Shown: in pieces, positions 40,827 to 52,034 of the stretch
How the letters are laid out: every line of letters begins with the position of its first letter
Position numbering within the stretch: the stretch's first letter is position 1
Assembly (NCBI GenBank): GCA_017499595.2
Contig: CM039001.1
Span: forward strand, 744,001 to 808,000
Length of the DNA: 64,000 nt
Reading direction: 5' to 3'
Origin: Psilocybe cubensis
Lineage: Eukaryota
The notes under the pieces: model-generated
The model's database searches: none
The model's input: only the letters and a program-made list of their open reading frames with translations
Told to the model about the DNA's origin: nothing
Made by a program: the position numbers and the translations under genes

Positions 40827-41087
40827 TCAAGACTTGCAGCACAGAACCTGATAGCCAATTTCACAGGGTGCAGACTTTCCTTCGCCAACTGGAGAGACGT
40901 CCTTGACCATGGTACCCTGTGGGCACTGCGGAAGCGGGACACAGAAAGGGGGCTTTCCAACCCATTGGCAGCCTGCAGGTACAGCTTCAACCGATGTAGC
41001 GTCAGAAATGGCGCGTTCTGTGGGAGAGCCCATGCATTTGGAGGCGAATGCTGCTATGAAAAGTGTTGTGATGGCGAGAAGTTTCAT
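40827..41087 (-). CDS. Small secreted Cys-rich peptide precursor 3 (6-Cys divergent homolog)
   Basis: Signal peptide MKLLAITTLFIAAFA, then GCQWVGKPPFCVPLPQCPQG...GEGKSAPCEIGYQVLCCKS. TATATAAA at 41218-41225 and a 5'UTR intron at 41104-41167. Confidence 0.85.
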   Translation of the reverse strand: MKLLAITTLFIAAFASKCMGSPTERAISDATSVEAVPAGCQWVGKPPFCVPLPQCPQGTMVKDVSPVGEGKSAPCEIGYQVLCCKS

Positions 41088-41727
41088 GTTGGTATGGGCT
41101 GATCTGTTGGAGAGTAATTTATTAGCGAGGTGGTTATTTGGTTGCAGTGATGTGTGGGCAAACGTACTGTGGTAGATGGTTCTGAGGAACTGGGGAATTG
41201 GAATGTCTTTGAGCTCGTTTATATAGCTTTAGACTCGGAGCATCAATACTTTTCAAACGAACTCACTAATTTAGCTAGAGTGAATTTGTATGTAGACTAA
41301 ATGTCTAAATCGGCTGCTGTACTTATGTCAAAGTAAGCGCTATACCCAGAAGCTTAAGCTTAATCGCTTGCACCGGAAGAACTGTCGCGGAAGAACAGTT
41401 AGCAAACTGCAGATTGCAGTAGCATGCAAATAATCAGTACTTCATATTGTTTTCCAATAAAATGCTGTCGGCTAATGTTTCGTGCGTGGTTGTTCATGCA
41501 CCGTGTCGCCTTGGCCTGGATAGGAAAGTCAACAACTTATTACGGCGACGCAAAAACTACTTCGACAACAACTGTAACGCGTGCTATTTTTAGCAGTTGG
41601 TAGATCTCCTTACATGATTTCGCTTCAGAGTCCCGACAAGTTGCCCGAAGAGAAAGAGAACTTGATGCCTTAGTGTCACTTTCCAGAACTGAAAATTGCC
41701 TCTTAGATTACAACTGGGCATACTTAC

Positions 41728-42347
41728 CAGTGATGTGCCGTACCCAGTACCACGCACCCAAAATGGAAGGTGGGTACATGATGTTCCCAGGCCTTCTGCA
41801 CAACTTCATGGGCATCGTTGCCATCGCATAAACACAAATATCGCATTTAAACATAGTATAGTAGGCACATATTTTGAATTAAAATTAAACAGAAAGAATT
41901 GCATGTGTATCTTCATCAATATCAACCTCATCAATGTCAAATTCTGCTTCCAAGTCCCCGATTACTGGATCATCATCGCCTTGTGCATCGAGGTCAAGAA
42001 GGTCGTACGTCTCTAACTCTTCTTCGAATGACATAGTTGCGTGTTGCTCTTATGGGGGTGGTGAATATATCCAGTTGAGTGTGACACGAATCGTTAACCT
42101 CAGCGATGGTTTTTTTCTGCGGTGATGTCAAAATTCTCACGGTACAATCACTCACCAAATGCCTGGGATTGCTCACTGGGTACGTACCCATACCTTTTTA
42201 GGTAACGGGTACAGTACCCAGTGGGCAACGGGTACAGTACCCACTGGGTACTGGGTACGTACCCATACCTTTTTAGGTAACGGGTACAGTACCCAGTGGG
42301 TACTGGGTACGTACCTGGTACCCACTGGACGTACCCGCACAAATTTA
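41728..42347. mobile_element. Degenerate hAT-like non-autonomous DNA transposon
   Basis: Direct repeat atacttacc at both ends (41720-41728 and 42347-42355). Imperfect TIRs CAGTGATGTGCCGTAC / TAAATTTGTGCGGGTAC, dense GTACCC subterminal motifs, and two identical 51-bp repeats (42175-42225, 42250-42300). Confidence 0.6.
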
Positions 42348-42617
42348 TACTTACCTCTTCTTGTTCATATAAAACCCTTCAATAGAGTCTATAACGAGGT
42401 TTAGCTGCCAGTGACTCATCAACCATCTGGTCCCGGCACAAACATATCGTTTCAAGAAGCCGTGAATGGTCGACTGGACGAAGGCACGAGTGTATTATTG
42501 AGTACATTGGGCAGGTTAAGAATCAGGTTCAAACATCACAATCATGGCCTGTATGATAATCAAACCAAACCTTTTTCATACAAAAGCGCCCACAATTGAC
42601 ACAGTGTACATACATGA

Positions 42618-44954
42618 TCACCCGGAGCGACTAGCTTGAACTTTGGCTGCATTACTGTGGAGTAGGGATTTAGCAAATTGAACATGTCCGATGACCATTG
42701 GTAGAATCCCTTACGTGAAGATGTTCCAAACGGCTGTTTGGTTTTGATAAATGGCAAAGCCTATCCAAAAGCAAGTGTTCAGTATGCGCCAAATTGAGTA
42801 GTAAATCAAAAGAAACGTCTGGAACTTACCATCATTTGGAGATGCCTGACAAAAAGACAAAATTTCAGTCATGGTAGTGATTAGTATTAAGAGTTGTAAA
42901 GTTTACCCCATCTATGAGGGCGTCTGCATATTTAATGAGCCGATTTCCATTGTTCTCTTTCAATCCGAGCATGCCAAACTGCCAGGGCATAATTCTGGAC
43001 ACATAAAGGTGTCATTTTTCCTGCATGTATTCGGTTCAATGAATATTACTTACCCGCTATATTATCATGATTTGTTAGCTATACTAACTTGCTAGTGTAA
43101 ACTGGTTATAAAATGACTAACCCGTGTTCTGTCTTCAGAGCCAGATCTACCCACGTTGGGTATATTGTTGATTTATTATCTGTCATCGTTTGCGAAGTTG
43201 ATTGGAGAATTCTTCATCAATGAGTGTTTGGCTCACGAATTCCGATCAACCCAAACTCCTCGAGTATAACCGGTTTGTTGGCCTTTTTAGCAGCTGAAAA
43301 AAAAACGAAGATGAGTATATCGACCTCGATTGTCTTGGTTGGAAGGTACTTGCAATCGGCGTGCATCTGGATCCACTGCAGCCCCCAGTCTTCGACGGTA
43401 AAATTCGATCCGGGAAAGTCCAATTCTGGATACCTATGAGCAAAAATTCATCAATGCTGCTGCTTTTGGTGAGTTTCCGTCATAATATTCACCATGTCTG
43501 GGGATATAAATGGTATGTTCCAAAATCAACGTTTTCGAGGAAGAGCTCTTCGTCAAAATCTTCGCCGGCTGATCTATACGGTCAGAACATAACTTCACAA
43601 ATTTCGCTATTTGTCACCTTGTCCATTGAAGTTATAGTCCGAGATGAATTGGCCATTCAGCCAATAGCCTATATCCTGATTCCTTTTGAAAAAATGGCCT
43701 TCACCTCCGGTCGTAATCATATGGAAGGGATCTCTATTTTTAAGATGGTCAGTCATTTGATAGTTCATCAACGTAATTGTTCTGAAGAAGGCGCAATGCA
43801 ACTTACAAGGACCGGACGAAGTCCGTTTGCTGTTTGTACCATTTCGTCAGCAGTTCTGTGCCCGGTGCACAGTTCGGACCGGCAGGGAGGTCCCCCAAAC
43901 ATCGCGCTTCATTCATCATCTCCCATGCGAATATGTTGGGAGACGACTTGTAGCGGTTGACGATGGTAGTGACGTAGCGTTCTAAGAATGAAAAATGTTA
44001 GTCAAAATAGTGGAAGACAAAGGTTAAACTAAACCGGATACTTGCGATATGAAGCGATAATTTTGGGATTGGTGTAAAAAACATCATGGGTGTTGCCGGC
44101 ACCTGCTATCCAGTTGATGTAGAGTTCCGATCCCTAGAGTAGCAAGTAAATGTGCTATCTGCATCGTCTTCAACTGATTTCAAGCTCACTCCATATCCAA
44201 CCCTGAAAATCCACCAGCAGCCTTGTGAGTTTTTTGAATCCTTTTGCGGACATATGATCTAAAATTACCAGTTATTTGTGAAGGCAAGGATAATCTTGAT
44301 TCCATAGTCGCCGGCTGTCTTGACAACGAAGTCCAACCTTTCCAAACCCTGGGGTCCGTCGTTGAGCTCCCACTCATTAGAGTTCCACACCTTAATCGCA
44401 TTGAAGGGTAAGCATCGGAGGCTATTTTTGAAGCCGACACAGTGACTGCAAACACACTTGATAGTAAGTCAATCCTGATTGCTTCGCTCCTGCAAGCTCA
44501 GAGCCATTGATAGCGTTGAACCCCTAGAGTTCAAAGGTTTCTTCCAGTCATGGCAGAGTCCGAGATTGACGTAGGTGACGTACCCAAGTGCGAAGAACTT
44601 TAATGCCTGCGCCCTGCATCTCCCTGAACGTGGCCCGAACGTCATTTTCGGAGGTCAAGAGAGGCAACCACTAATACATGAAATGTCGGATATTAAGACC
44701 CTTAGCATGCAGGGTCCAACTTACGTATGAGTTCGCGCCGACAAATGCCTGGTTTACGGTATGATCAGCAGGGTCTACCACCTTTCGAGCGTTTATAGAA
44801 GTACAAATGGTTTTCCATCGACTTCGAATTTGCCGTTTCTCTGAGTCGCGAATCCTTTTGGGAGCGAATCGGTGCTCTGCCCTACAGCCACACTGCTGGC
44901 ACATCCTAAGAGAAGAGTGCACACAGCCAGCGACAGATTGATTATCGCAAGCAT
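42618..44954 (-). CDS. Secreted GH5 (subfamily 7-like) endo-beta-1,4-mannanase
   Basis: Signal peptide MLAIINLSLAVCTLLLG; FVGANSY|WLP, KVLRTW|GFN, FTNNW, RYKSSPNIFAWEMMNEARC (acid/base), DPFHMITTGGEG, DFGTYHLYP, KPVILEEFG (nucleophile), IMPWQFG; many small exons. Confidence 0.92.
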
Positions 44955-47900
44955 GCTTCGAAACCAAGTTAGCTAGATCTCCTTGAGGTAAGCCTGAATC
45001 CTAGCGATGGCGATTGAAAAAGGTGAATTGAGATAAGTTATCTGTGCTTTTAAAGTCCATGTTGCGTTAAACTGCAACTCCGTGAGCTTTGCTGGCATTC
45101 AAATGTCTTCCTTCGGTGGAATATCGGGCTCGGACCGTCCGGAAGAGGCGTGATTATGGTGCGGCCAGTTCGCGGAAAGCACTGTGATCTAAGTAAAGAG
45201 TCAATGTAATGAGCAGCTATGTATACCGTGATCATTTGACTTACATCATTTTGTGATACAGTGCGTCTTCAGGGCTTAGAATGCCAAGCTACAGCAAGTC
45301 TATAAATGTGTTCTTGGAGATAAAAATATGCGCCTCTAGGTTCTTCCAGTCAGTATCGAATGTGGAAAAAAGACTCAGTGATTATTAGCAAGTGCTATAA
45401 AAGGCAATTATGGATGCGCTGATATGAGATACAGTCATTTTCGACAGTTCGATAAAAGAGGGATAGATCTATTGTTAAAGCACTCACCAGCGATTGCACG
45501 GCGCAATCGAAGCAGTGATAGAACCCGATTATACATACCCAGGTAGACTTTATCGAGGGTCAGGAAAAAGTTTTTGTTTCGCAGCTTCTCAACGTACTCA
45601 CAAAATCTTATTCGATCCTATTTTTCATCCATGGCATTTCGAAGCCCCGAGTGCCTCAAAGTCCCCACGGCGTACGGGTGGTGCGGTTTCCCGAATGGGC
45701 GGTATCTCAAACATCACTGACAACAGATAACCTCATGCCGCTCCAGTACCTGTTTTCGCAAGTTGCCATCGTATTCAATGATCTATTTTGTCTGCAGTTA
45801 GCTGAGAATTCAAGAGCCGGAACGTTCCTGGATGTTGTAGGCCGGTACAATTACCCTTGCATGAGTAAATGCCAGAGATATAGATGGTTCTGGATCAGAC
45901 TTGACGGCGTATGCCTTGACAAAAGACAAGATTATGGCGATGGAAACTCCGCAACGATAGCAATGATAGCGCAACATTTCAATGATAGACATCATTAGCT
46001 GATCATCTAGTGCAGAGCATTTTATAACTAAATGAGGACTCGCCCTGGTCGGATTTCATGCAGTCCGTCAAAATTTGGAAGGCTTGGTGTGATTCCCGAG
46101 CATCCCTTCAGCGTTTCCGACTGTTTACGGAAAGACCACCAAGAACTTAATCTGAGGGAGTATATCTGTCTGGTCTATACCCATCTCCTGGTGTGCACCC
46201 GCCTTTTTGAAACTTGTGTAGAACTTCCAATTTTCCAGGCTTTCCAGAGTGTTAAGTTCCGGGTATGCAGACTAGGCGGTAGGAGGCGGGAAGGGTTATC
46301 ATTCCAACAAAGGTTACTGCGCGTGTAGAAAAGTAGGATTTGTGACATGAGTATTCGTATGAAACCAGCTTTCTCTGTGTACTTTGTAGCTCAAACATAT
46401 ATTCTCTATAAGCAAAGTGTTAATGAAAACTTTTTATGTCGTATTGCTCTATGGGAAGTGAACTGACCGTAGTTGACGTGGATTAACCCAAAAAAATATC
46501 CAGACAGATCTAAATAGTCCGCTAAAGTCGTATCAAAGGTTTCCTGGATTCCAAATGACATGAATCGCCATTCCGGCATTGAAGCTGGCATGCTTGAACG
46601 ATATTGCTTGAAGATTGAGCACTAAAATAAGATCACGGTGCCATAGACCACGAGATGGTATCCAGAGAGAGAAATGCTATGTAGGTCATAGGACTAGCGG
46701 TTGGCGCACGAATATGTTGGTTTTCAACATGTGGAGATCAGCTAAAGGTGCTAAACCGGGTCCAACAGGCGACTACAACTCGGACCCTCCCATTGCACGT
46801 GACATATATGAACCAACTAACCTCATTCCAAGCCTCGAGGCGCCTCCATCATGATAACACGACCAGGCAAACATCACTTTTTATCCTTGACCGCCACCAT
46901 CACATATCGTGATATACTGCTTGTAACTCTTTCTATGAATATTCCTAAGCCTTCCAACTCCGGATTTCGCGCTCTGGGTCCCCAGGAGGCCGAACACGGT
47001 AATCGCCGTACCCCAGGAATCATACATATGTAACAACCGCTATGGATGTTTCAAGTGGCGCGAAAGGGCGCTTCGAGGCTAGATGGTGCTGGGCAAGACC
47101 TATTGTTTTTGTACACAATGTAAGCAATCAATTCGCTTTATCTGCGGTACCATGCCATCGTGGCCCAGCTATCTGCCCGACATCCTTCCTTTGTTTGACT
47201 CTCTAAGGTGGCTCGGTATTCTTTGCACCTCCTTTGACATTGATGCTCATGGCGCTGAGTTGTCTATTTGGTGTATCTTCCGCTCTGTTCAACTGTCTCA
47301 ACTGTCAATACCATCAAGTCTGCAGATGCTCGATGAATGTCTAATTGTATTATGCACCTCGCTAATCACGTCTTTTTGTTCAGCCTGAAATCTCTACAAG
47401 ACTAGAATTTCAGATAGAATTTTTTCCGGCCTTTGATAGCGTACAGAGCTCAAGTTGGGACTGGGTATGTGCTACAAACTAACTTCATTTGCGAGGGTGA
47501 GTTTATCTATCAGTATTTATGTTGACCGCCGCTCACCTATGTAATGCTGTTCTTAGCTGAAACGTTAGCAGTTGACATGCCAATCTCCCCCGCTCGTCTC
47601 CCTGATGCCGAAAACCTTGTCCCGACTGCCATTTCGTGCCGCCGAGAAAGTTTGGTGAATGCATTGCAAAGGGATTGATGCCTAAAATTCGTTGAACTTG
47701 AACCCGAATATTCGTTTAGGCATTCGAGGAGAAGTTACAGTGCTTGCAGAAGATTTATATTTCAAGAAATATTTTCGATGGCTCAATTCAAGTATCGTGC
47801 TTTTAGTCTATGTGGACGGGGCTTTGACCGGTGACGCCATCAGGGGACCGGCAAGTTCGGTAGCCCCATTAGGTGTGATACTGTTGCGTGTGGAATCCGT

Positions 47901-47982
47901 TCAAAACTCACCCATCGGTTACCATATATACTTAACCCTAGACCAGCTTTCCTTCTCACTATCCCCACAGTATACTTTCACA

Positions 47983-48714
47983 ATGTCGAAACGCGTCCAC
48001 TTCGCTACAACCAACATAACCTATCAGCCAGGCTATGAGTCCAGCCCTTCACCAACTTCTTCCTCTTCTTCCCTGCCTTCAGACTCGTCCTCGTCGTCAT
48101 CAGAGCTCTTGACACCACCCCCAATTGATGAAGATGACCGCCAGTCAGCTTACCCACGCACGCCTTTTGCGAAGGAACTCGACCTTTACCCAGAAGTTGT
48201 GACACCAGGACCGACAACCCAAATGCAGATCCACTTCCTGCTGGCATTCACTCCCTACTCAAAGCCTGCTTTCTACCATAACCTTGCCTTTCCACTTTCA
48301 AGCGTTGAGAACAAATATCCCCCTCGTGCCTTCTCCGAGCCCGCAACTTCACCTCCGCTACCCTCACTCACTATATTCCACCCACGTATCAAGCAGGAAA
48401 TCATTGTAAACCCCAACCCACCTGTTGCCGGCTCCTTCGTCTCTGTCCGAGACGTTTTGGTGAAGCTTTACATGGAACTGAGGCTCGCCATCCACCCATC
48501 CGAATACGCAGCTGTTCCGAAGGAGGAGAGGAGGTTTGTGGATGATGCATACTGGCGTCGATGCCGCAAAATACGAAACGAGGCCGACAGAATTCAAGAA
48601 GAACAGAAGGGCATCAAAAGAATCGACCTTCTCATGGGACAGACTCGATTTACCGGGCTGTCTGGAACGCTGCGTGCCCCAGATATTTGGGAGCTCAACG
48701 TCGGATTGCCGTAG
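47983..48714 (+). CDS. DUF6699-type Agaricomycete protein
   Basis: MSKRVHF...; EPATSPPLPSLTI, FVSVRDVLVKLYMELR, AYWRRC, GIKRIDLLMGQTRFTGLS, WEL; intronless. Confidence 0.75.
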   Translation: MSKRVHFATTNITYQPGYESSPSPTSSSSSLPSDSSSSSSELLTPPPIDEDDRQSAYPRTPFAKELDLYPEVVTPGPTTQMQIHFLLAFTPYSKPAFYHNLAFPLSSVENKYPPRAFSEPATSPPLPSLTIFHPRIKQEIIVNPNPPVAGSFVSVRDVLVKLYMELRLAIHPSEYAAVPKEERRFVDDAYWRRCRKIRNEADRIQEEQKGIKRIDLLMGQTRFTGLSGTLRAPDIWELNVGLP

Positions 48715-49703
48715 ACGTTCTTCTGAATTGACGTCTTTCCGCATTCCATGAGAGATCGCCGCAGTCTGTCCGTCTGTTCACCTATCACTCCTTCACGCCA
48801 TGTATCCAGACCTTATGATCGAATGCCTTTCAGCTTCGCCGCCATCAGTCACCGCCTCACTTACGATGGGACCATTTCATACCCCCCATCGAAGTCCTGA
48901 CGGGTTCCCCAGCGCCCATGACATATTTTATCATTCGCCTTATTCGCTAATCTTCCATTTACGGGATGGTTATGTTGGACAGATTAATTCATCTCGGTGT
49001 ACAGTGGAGGCTCCATAGAGCCAAGTATGTTAGGTTTCCCAACCCCGCACTCTCTTTGGGGTATTCCTGGATTACCCCCTACCCTAGTTTCTCTCGGTTG
49101 TAGTTCGGATGTAACAAAAGTAGCATCGGCGGCCCGGGTCACGACTCGCGGAACCGCGAAAAACCAATATGTATTTTATCATTTATGCCATTTTATTTCT
49201 GGATGATCTGAACTGAACACTGGTGTCCTTGTCGCAAGAAATTCGGGAAAGGGTAGGCTCTTAGTTTTCCGTTATACAATCCCCACATTGCCCCGCTTCC
49301 TCCTGGAGAGTGTCAGTGACGCCGATCGAGGAGTCGAATAACTATCAACACCGTGTGATGGCCGTCGGGCGCTTACGCGCTTATTGCTTTCCGCCTGCAC
49401 GGCGCTCATACCGGTTACATCGACTCTCCCGCCAATGCCATGTATGTGCACTAGATTAATATTGCTACCGCCATTCTTAAAACACGAGGCAGTGGCTTGT
49501 GCAGTGTACTTATTTTTGCCTGCCATGTGTACGCTTTGCTGTTAACTCGGAAATGGACGTATTAAGGTCTAATGATAGTCGATAACAAACGAAGAGGAGC
49601 ACCAAGCGAAGCATGGGTGTTATTTTTGGTACACATATTAGAGGTACATAGTTTACTGTGATGACAGGCACGTTGGCAAAACCTTTTTGTGCAATTTTGG
49701 AAG

Positions 49704-51204
49704 TCAGAAACCGCTGAAATCATAGCCGAATTGACGATCTTGATCTTCGCTATTGCTGTCCGATTCCGAGCCATCCTCCCCATTTAAGTCATCCATGGGT
49801 TTCTTCATAAACTTGTTTAGATCGATCTCCTCATGCTTTTTATGTCCGTCTGTTGTATCACTCTCGAAAGCCTTATCATCCTGGGTATCTCCGCCCCAGC
49901 CACCCCATCGCGCCTTGCCCGCAATCTCGTAATTGCGGTAGTTGATACTCCTGAAATCTGCTTTCCACGACTTCACGGATTGCTTTTGCTGCGCAAGACT
50001 CTTACGTTTTATCGGCTTGCCGTCTGGGGTTTGAACTTTAAGTGCACCATATATCCTGAATGTTCCGAAGCATTCCGTGTTGATCTTGCCCTCGAAAAAC
50101 CCACCGGGAAGAAAAGTGACGATCGCGCGGTTGTCGTCACTGAAAGTCATCGTATCTTCGCCTGCCTCATAGCCGCGGTATTCGAAGAATATCTCGGAGT
50201 TTAGATATTTGGGTACCGGGTGGAGTGAGCGCATTACGCCTTTGAGTACACCAAACTCGAAAGAAGCCCATAGGTGTGCAGAAGTCGAGGATGGGTAAAT
50301 CTCCAGTGTGGATACTCCAGACCAGTGATAATCTTGTTCGGAGACAATCATGGGTGCTTCCACATCGTACATACCTGTCCAAGTTGACGGGTCGACCGTG
50401 CTGTCTGTGACCTTACTAGAACCAGCTTTCATCGCGCACAGCTCGGCATCCAGAACATTTTCCACTGCTGGCATTCTTTCCCAAAGAGAAATGAGCAATG
50501 TGCGAGCTTGGTCGGCCGAAAGTGAAGCAATCTGCGTCTTCCTGGAAATTTTCGTTAGTTTTGAACCTTTAGGCAGTGTGAGTCGCTGTGCCACAATATT
50601 CTCAACCTTGCCCTGTATAGTGTTGGCTGACGATTGCTTAGAAGCAACTTTCTCAGTCTTTTTTGGCGAAGACTTTGACTTAGGTACTTCGAGTAGCCTT
50701 TCTTCTTCCCATCTTATTCTAGCTCGTGTTGCTTCCTCGTCGCGCTGTGTCTGTATTTCTCGTAGTTCTTGTTGCCGCTCCTCATATTTAACATTCAATG
50801 CTTCCCATTCTGTCTTCATGCTCGTCTCGAGATCAAGAATCGCTTTAGGAACTTGAAGACTTTTTCCATCTCCAAACGCGGAGAGAAGCCTTTTCTTTGC
50901 AGCGATTTTGGTTTTTAAGTGGCTTCAATCCGTAATGTATCATTTGTGCGGTGTAATAATGTGCCTCGGGGTCGACGTGTGTATCTTTGGGTTGTCTTTT
51001 AGCCACGGTTCCAGCTTTTGTAAGCAATGGTGGCGGAGGTGTATAGGTAAGAAGACGATGAAGCTCCGCTGGATCTGCGCGCAGGTGGCACATCCCTTCA
51101 TATTCTGCGTACATCTTGCTTTGCTTGTAGATAAAAGCCCCTCGGCTGACAATAGGAAGATGATAGTAAAAGTCATACTCGCTTTCGCTACCGTAGAGTG
51201 CCAT
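49704..51204 (-). pseudogene. Fungal hypothetical protein with one +1 frameshift (pseudogene or sequencing error); paralog of 52035-53753
   Basis: Removing one A in CTTAAAAACC (T-run at 50912-50916) gives HYGLKPLKTKIAAKKRLLSAFG...LQVPKAILDLETSMK, matching the neighbour's HYGFKPLKTKSAAKKKLLEAFG...LEVPRSILELESRMK. Confidence 0.7.
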
Positions 51205-52034
51205 TATATCAAGTTCAACGTCTTGTGAATAGTGACGATTTCGAAATGAGTGGCGGACGTAAATGAAGTTGATGTGCAAGTCGCAACAAACGCGTCGCGT
51301 TAAATTAATACGGTAATAGTCGCACGTGATACAACAAATTCCGCTCATCACGAGCTACTAGCGCCAAGTAGAAAATGGTTGTTAATGCTTTTTCTCTAGC
51401 AGTTTACGTACGCCGTAATTTCCCCAGCGTGTGTGCAATCCAAGTGCAATCTTCTACTATACCCCGTTAGTTCTCCTTCAGCAGTGCCTCCAGAAGTTCA
51501 CTTCGTCTGTTGCTTTTCATTTTTGGGATTGATGTTGCGACGTGGACGTCTCCCAAACCACCAATTCCTTCCGTAGAAAGGAACAGATATTTTCCCCGGC
51601 GGAAGGGCTCATGAAAAGAGCAATGATGGCGTGTTTGTCATCCTGCAGGACATTCCGTATTATTCGAGGCGATATTACTGTTGAAACAGGACCTGCGTAT
51701 TCAAGAAATTTGGTACCGCGTTGGTGAATCTCGCAAACTCAAGATTTGCCCAAAGCTGCAGGATGGGAATATCCCAAAATCATACAGTTCATCCCAAGCC
51801 CGTTCTTTGACTACGAGAGACTCTAGCCCCTGTTCCCTCAGGGCATAATGGTTGGAGGGGGATGTCGGACAACGGTATCGCGATGGCTTTAACAAAATAT
51901 GGCATATCCGATCATTAGTTTTATTCATCATTCTGTACATTCAATGTTCAATGTTCACTTGCCCTATACTATCTAAGAGCGGACAGATAAATACCCAAGT
52001 TGTGTTCCACAGACTACCTACATCCTCCTTCATC

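Noticed and set aside
42175..42300. Short direct repeats with an intervening segment, superficially CRISPR-like
   Set aside because: Only two copies, the spacer is built from the same motif, the context is eukaryotic with no cas genes; better explained as transposon subterminal repeats.
41689..42355. The TSD reads GGTAAGTAT on the minus strand, suggesting insertion into a splice donor of the GH5 gene
   Set aside because: The GH5 CDS stops at 42618, no convincing exon flanks the site, and the implied intron would be only 39 nt.
45400..46620. Possible decayed gene on the minus strand (intron-like signals near 46406-46467)
   Set aside because: Stops in all frames and no recognisable motif; cannot be supported without a search.
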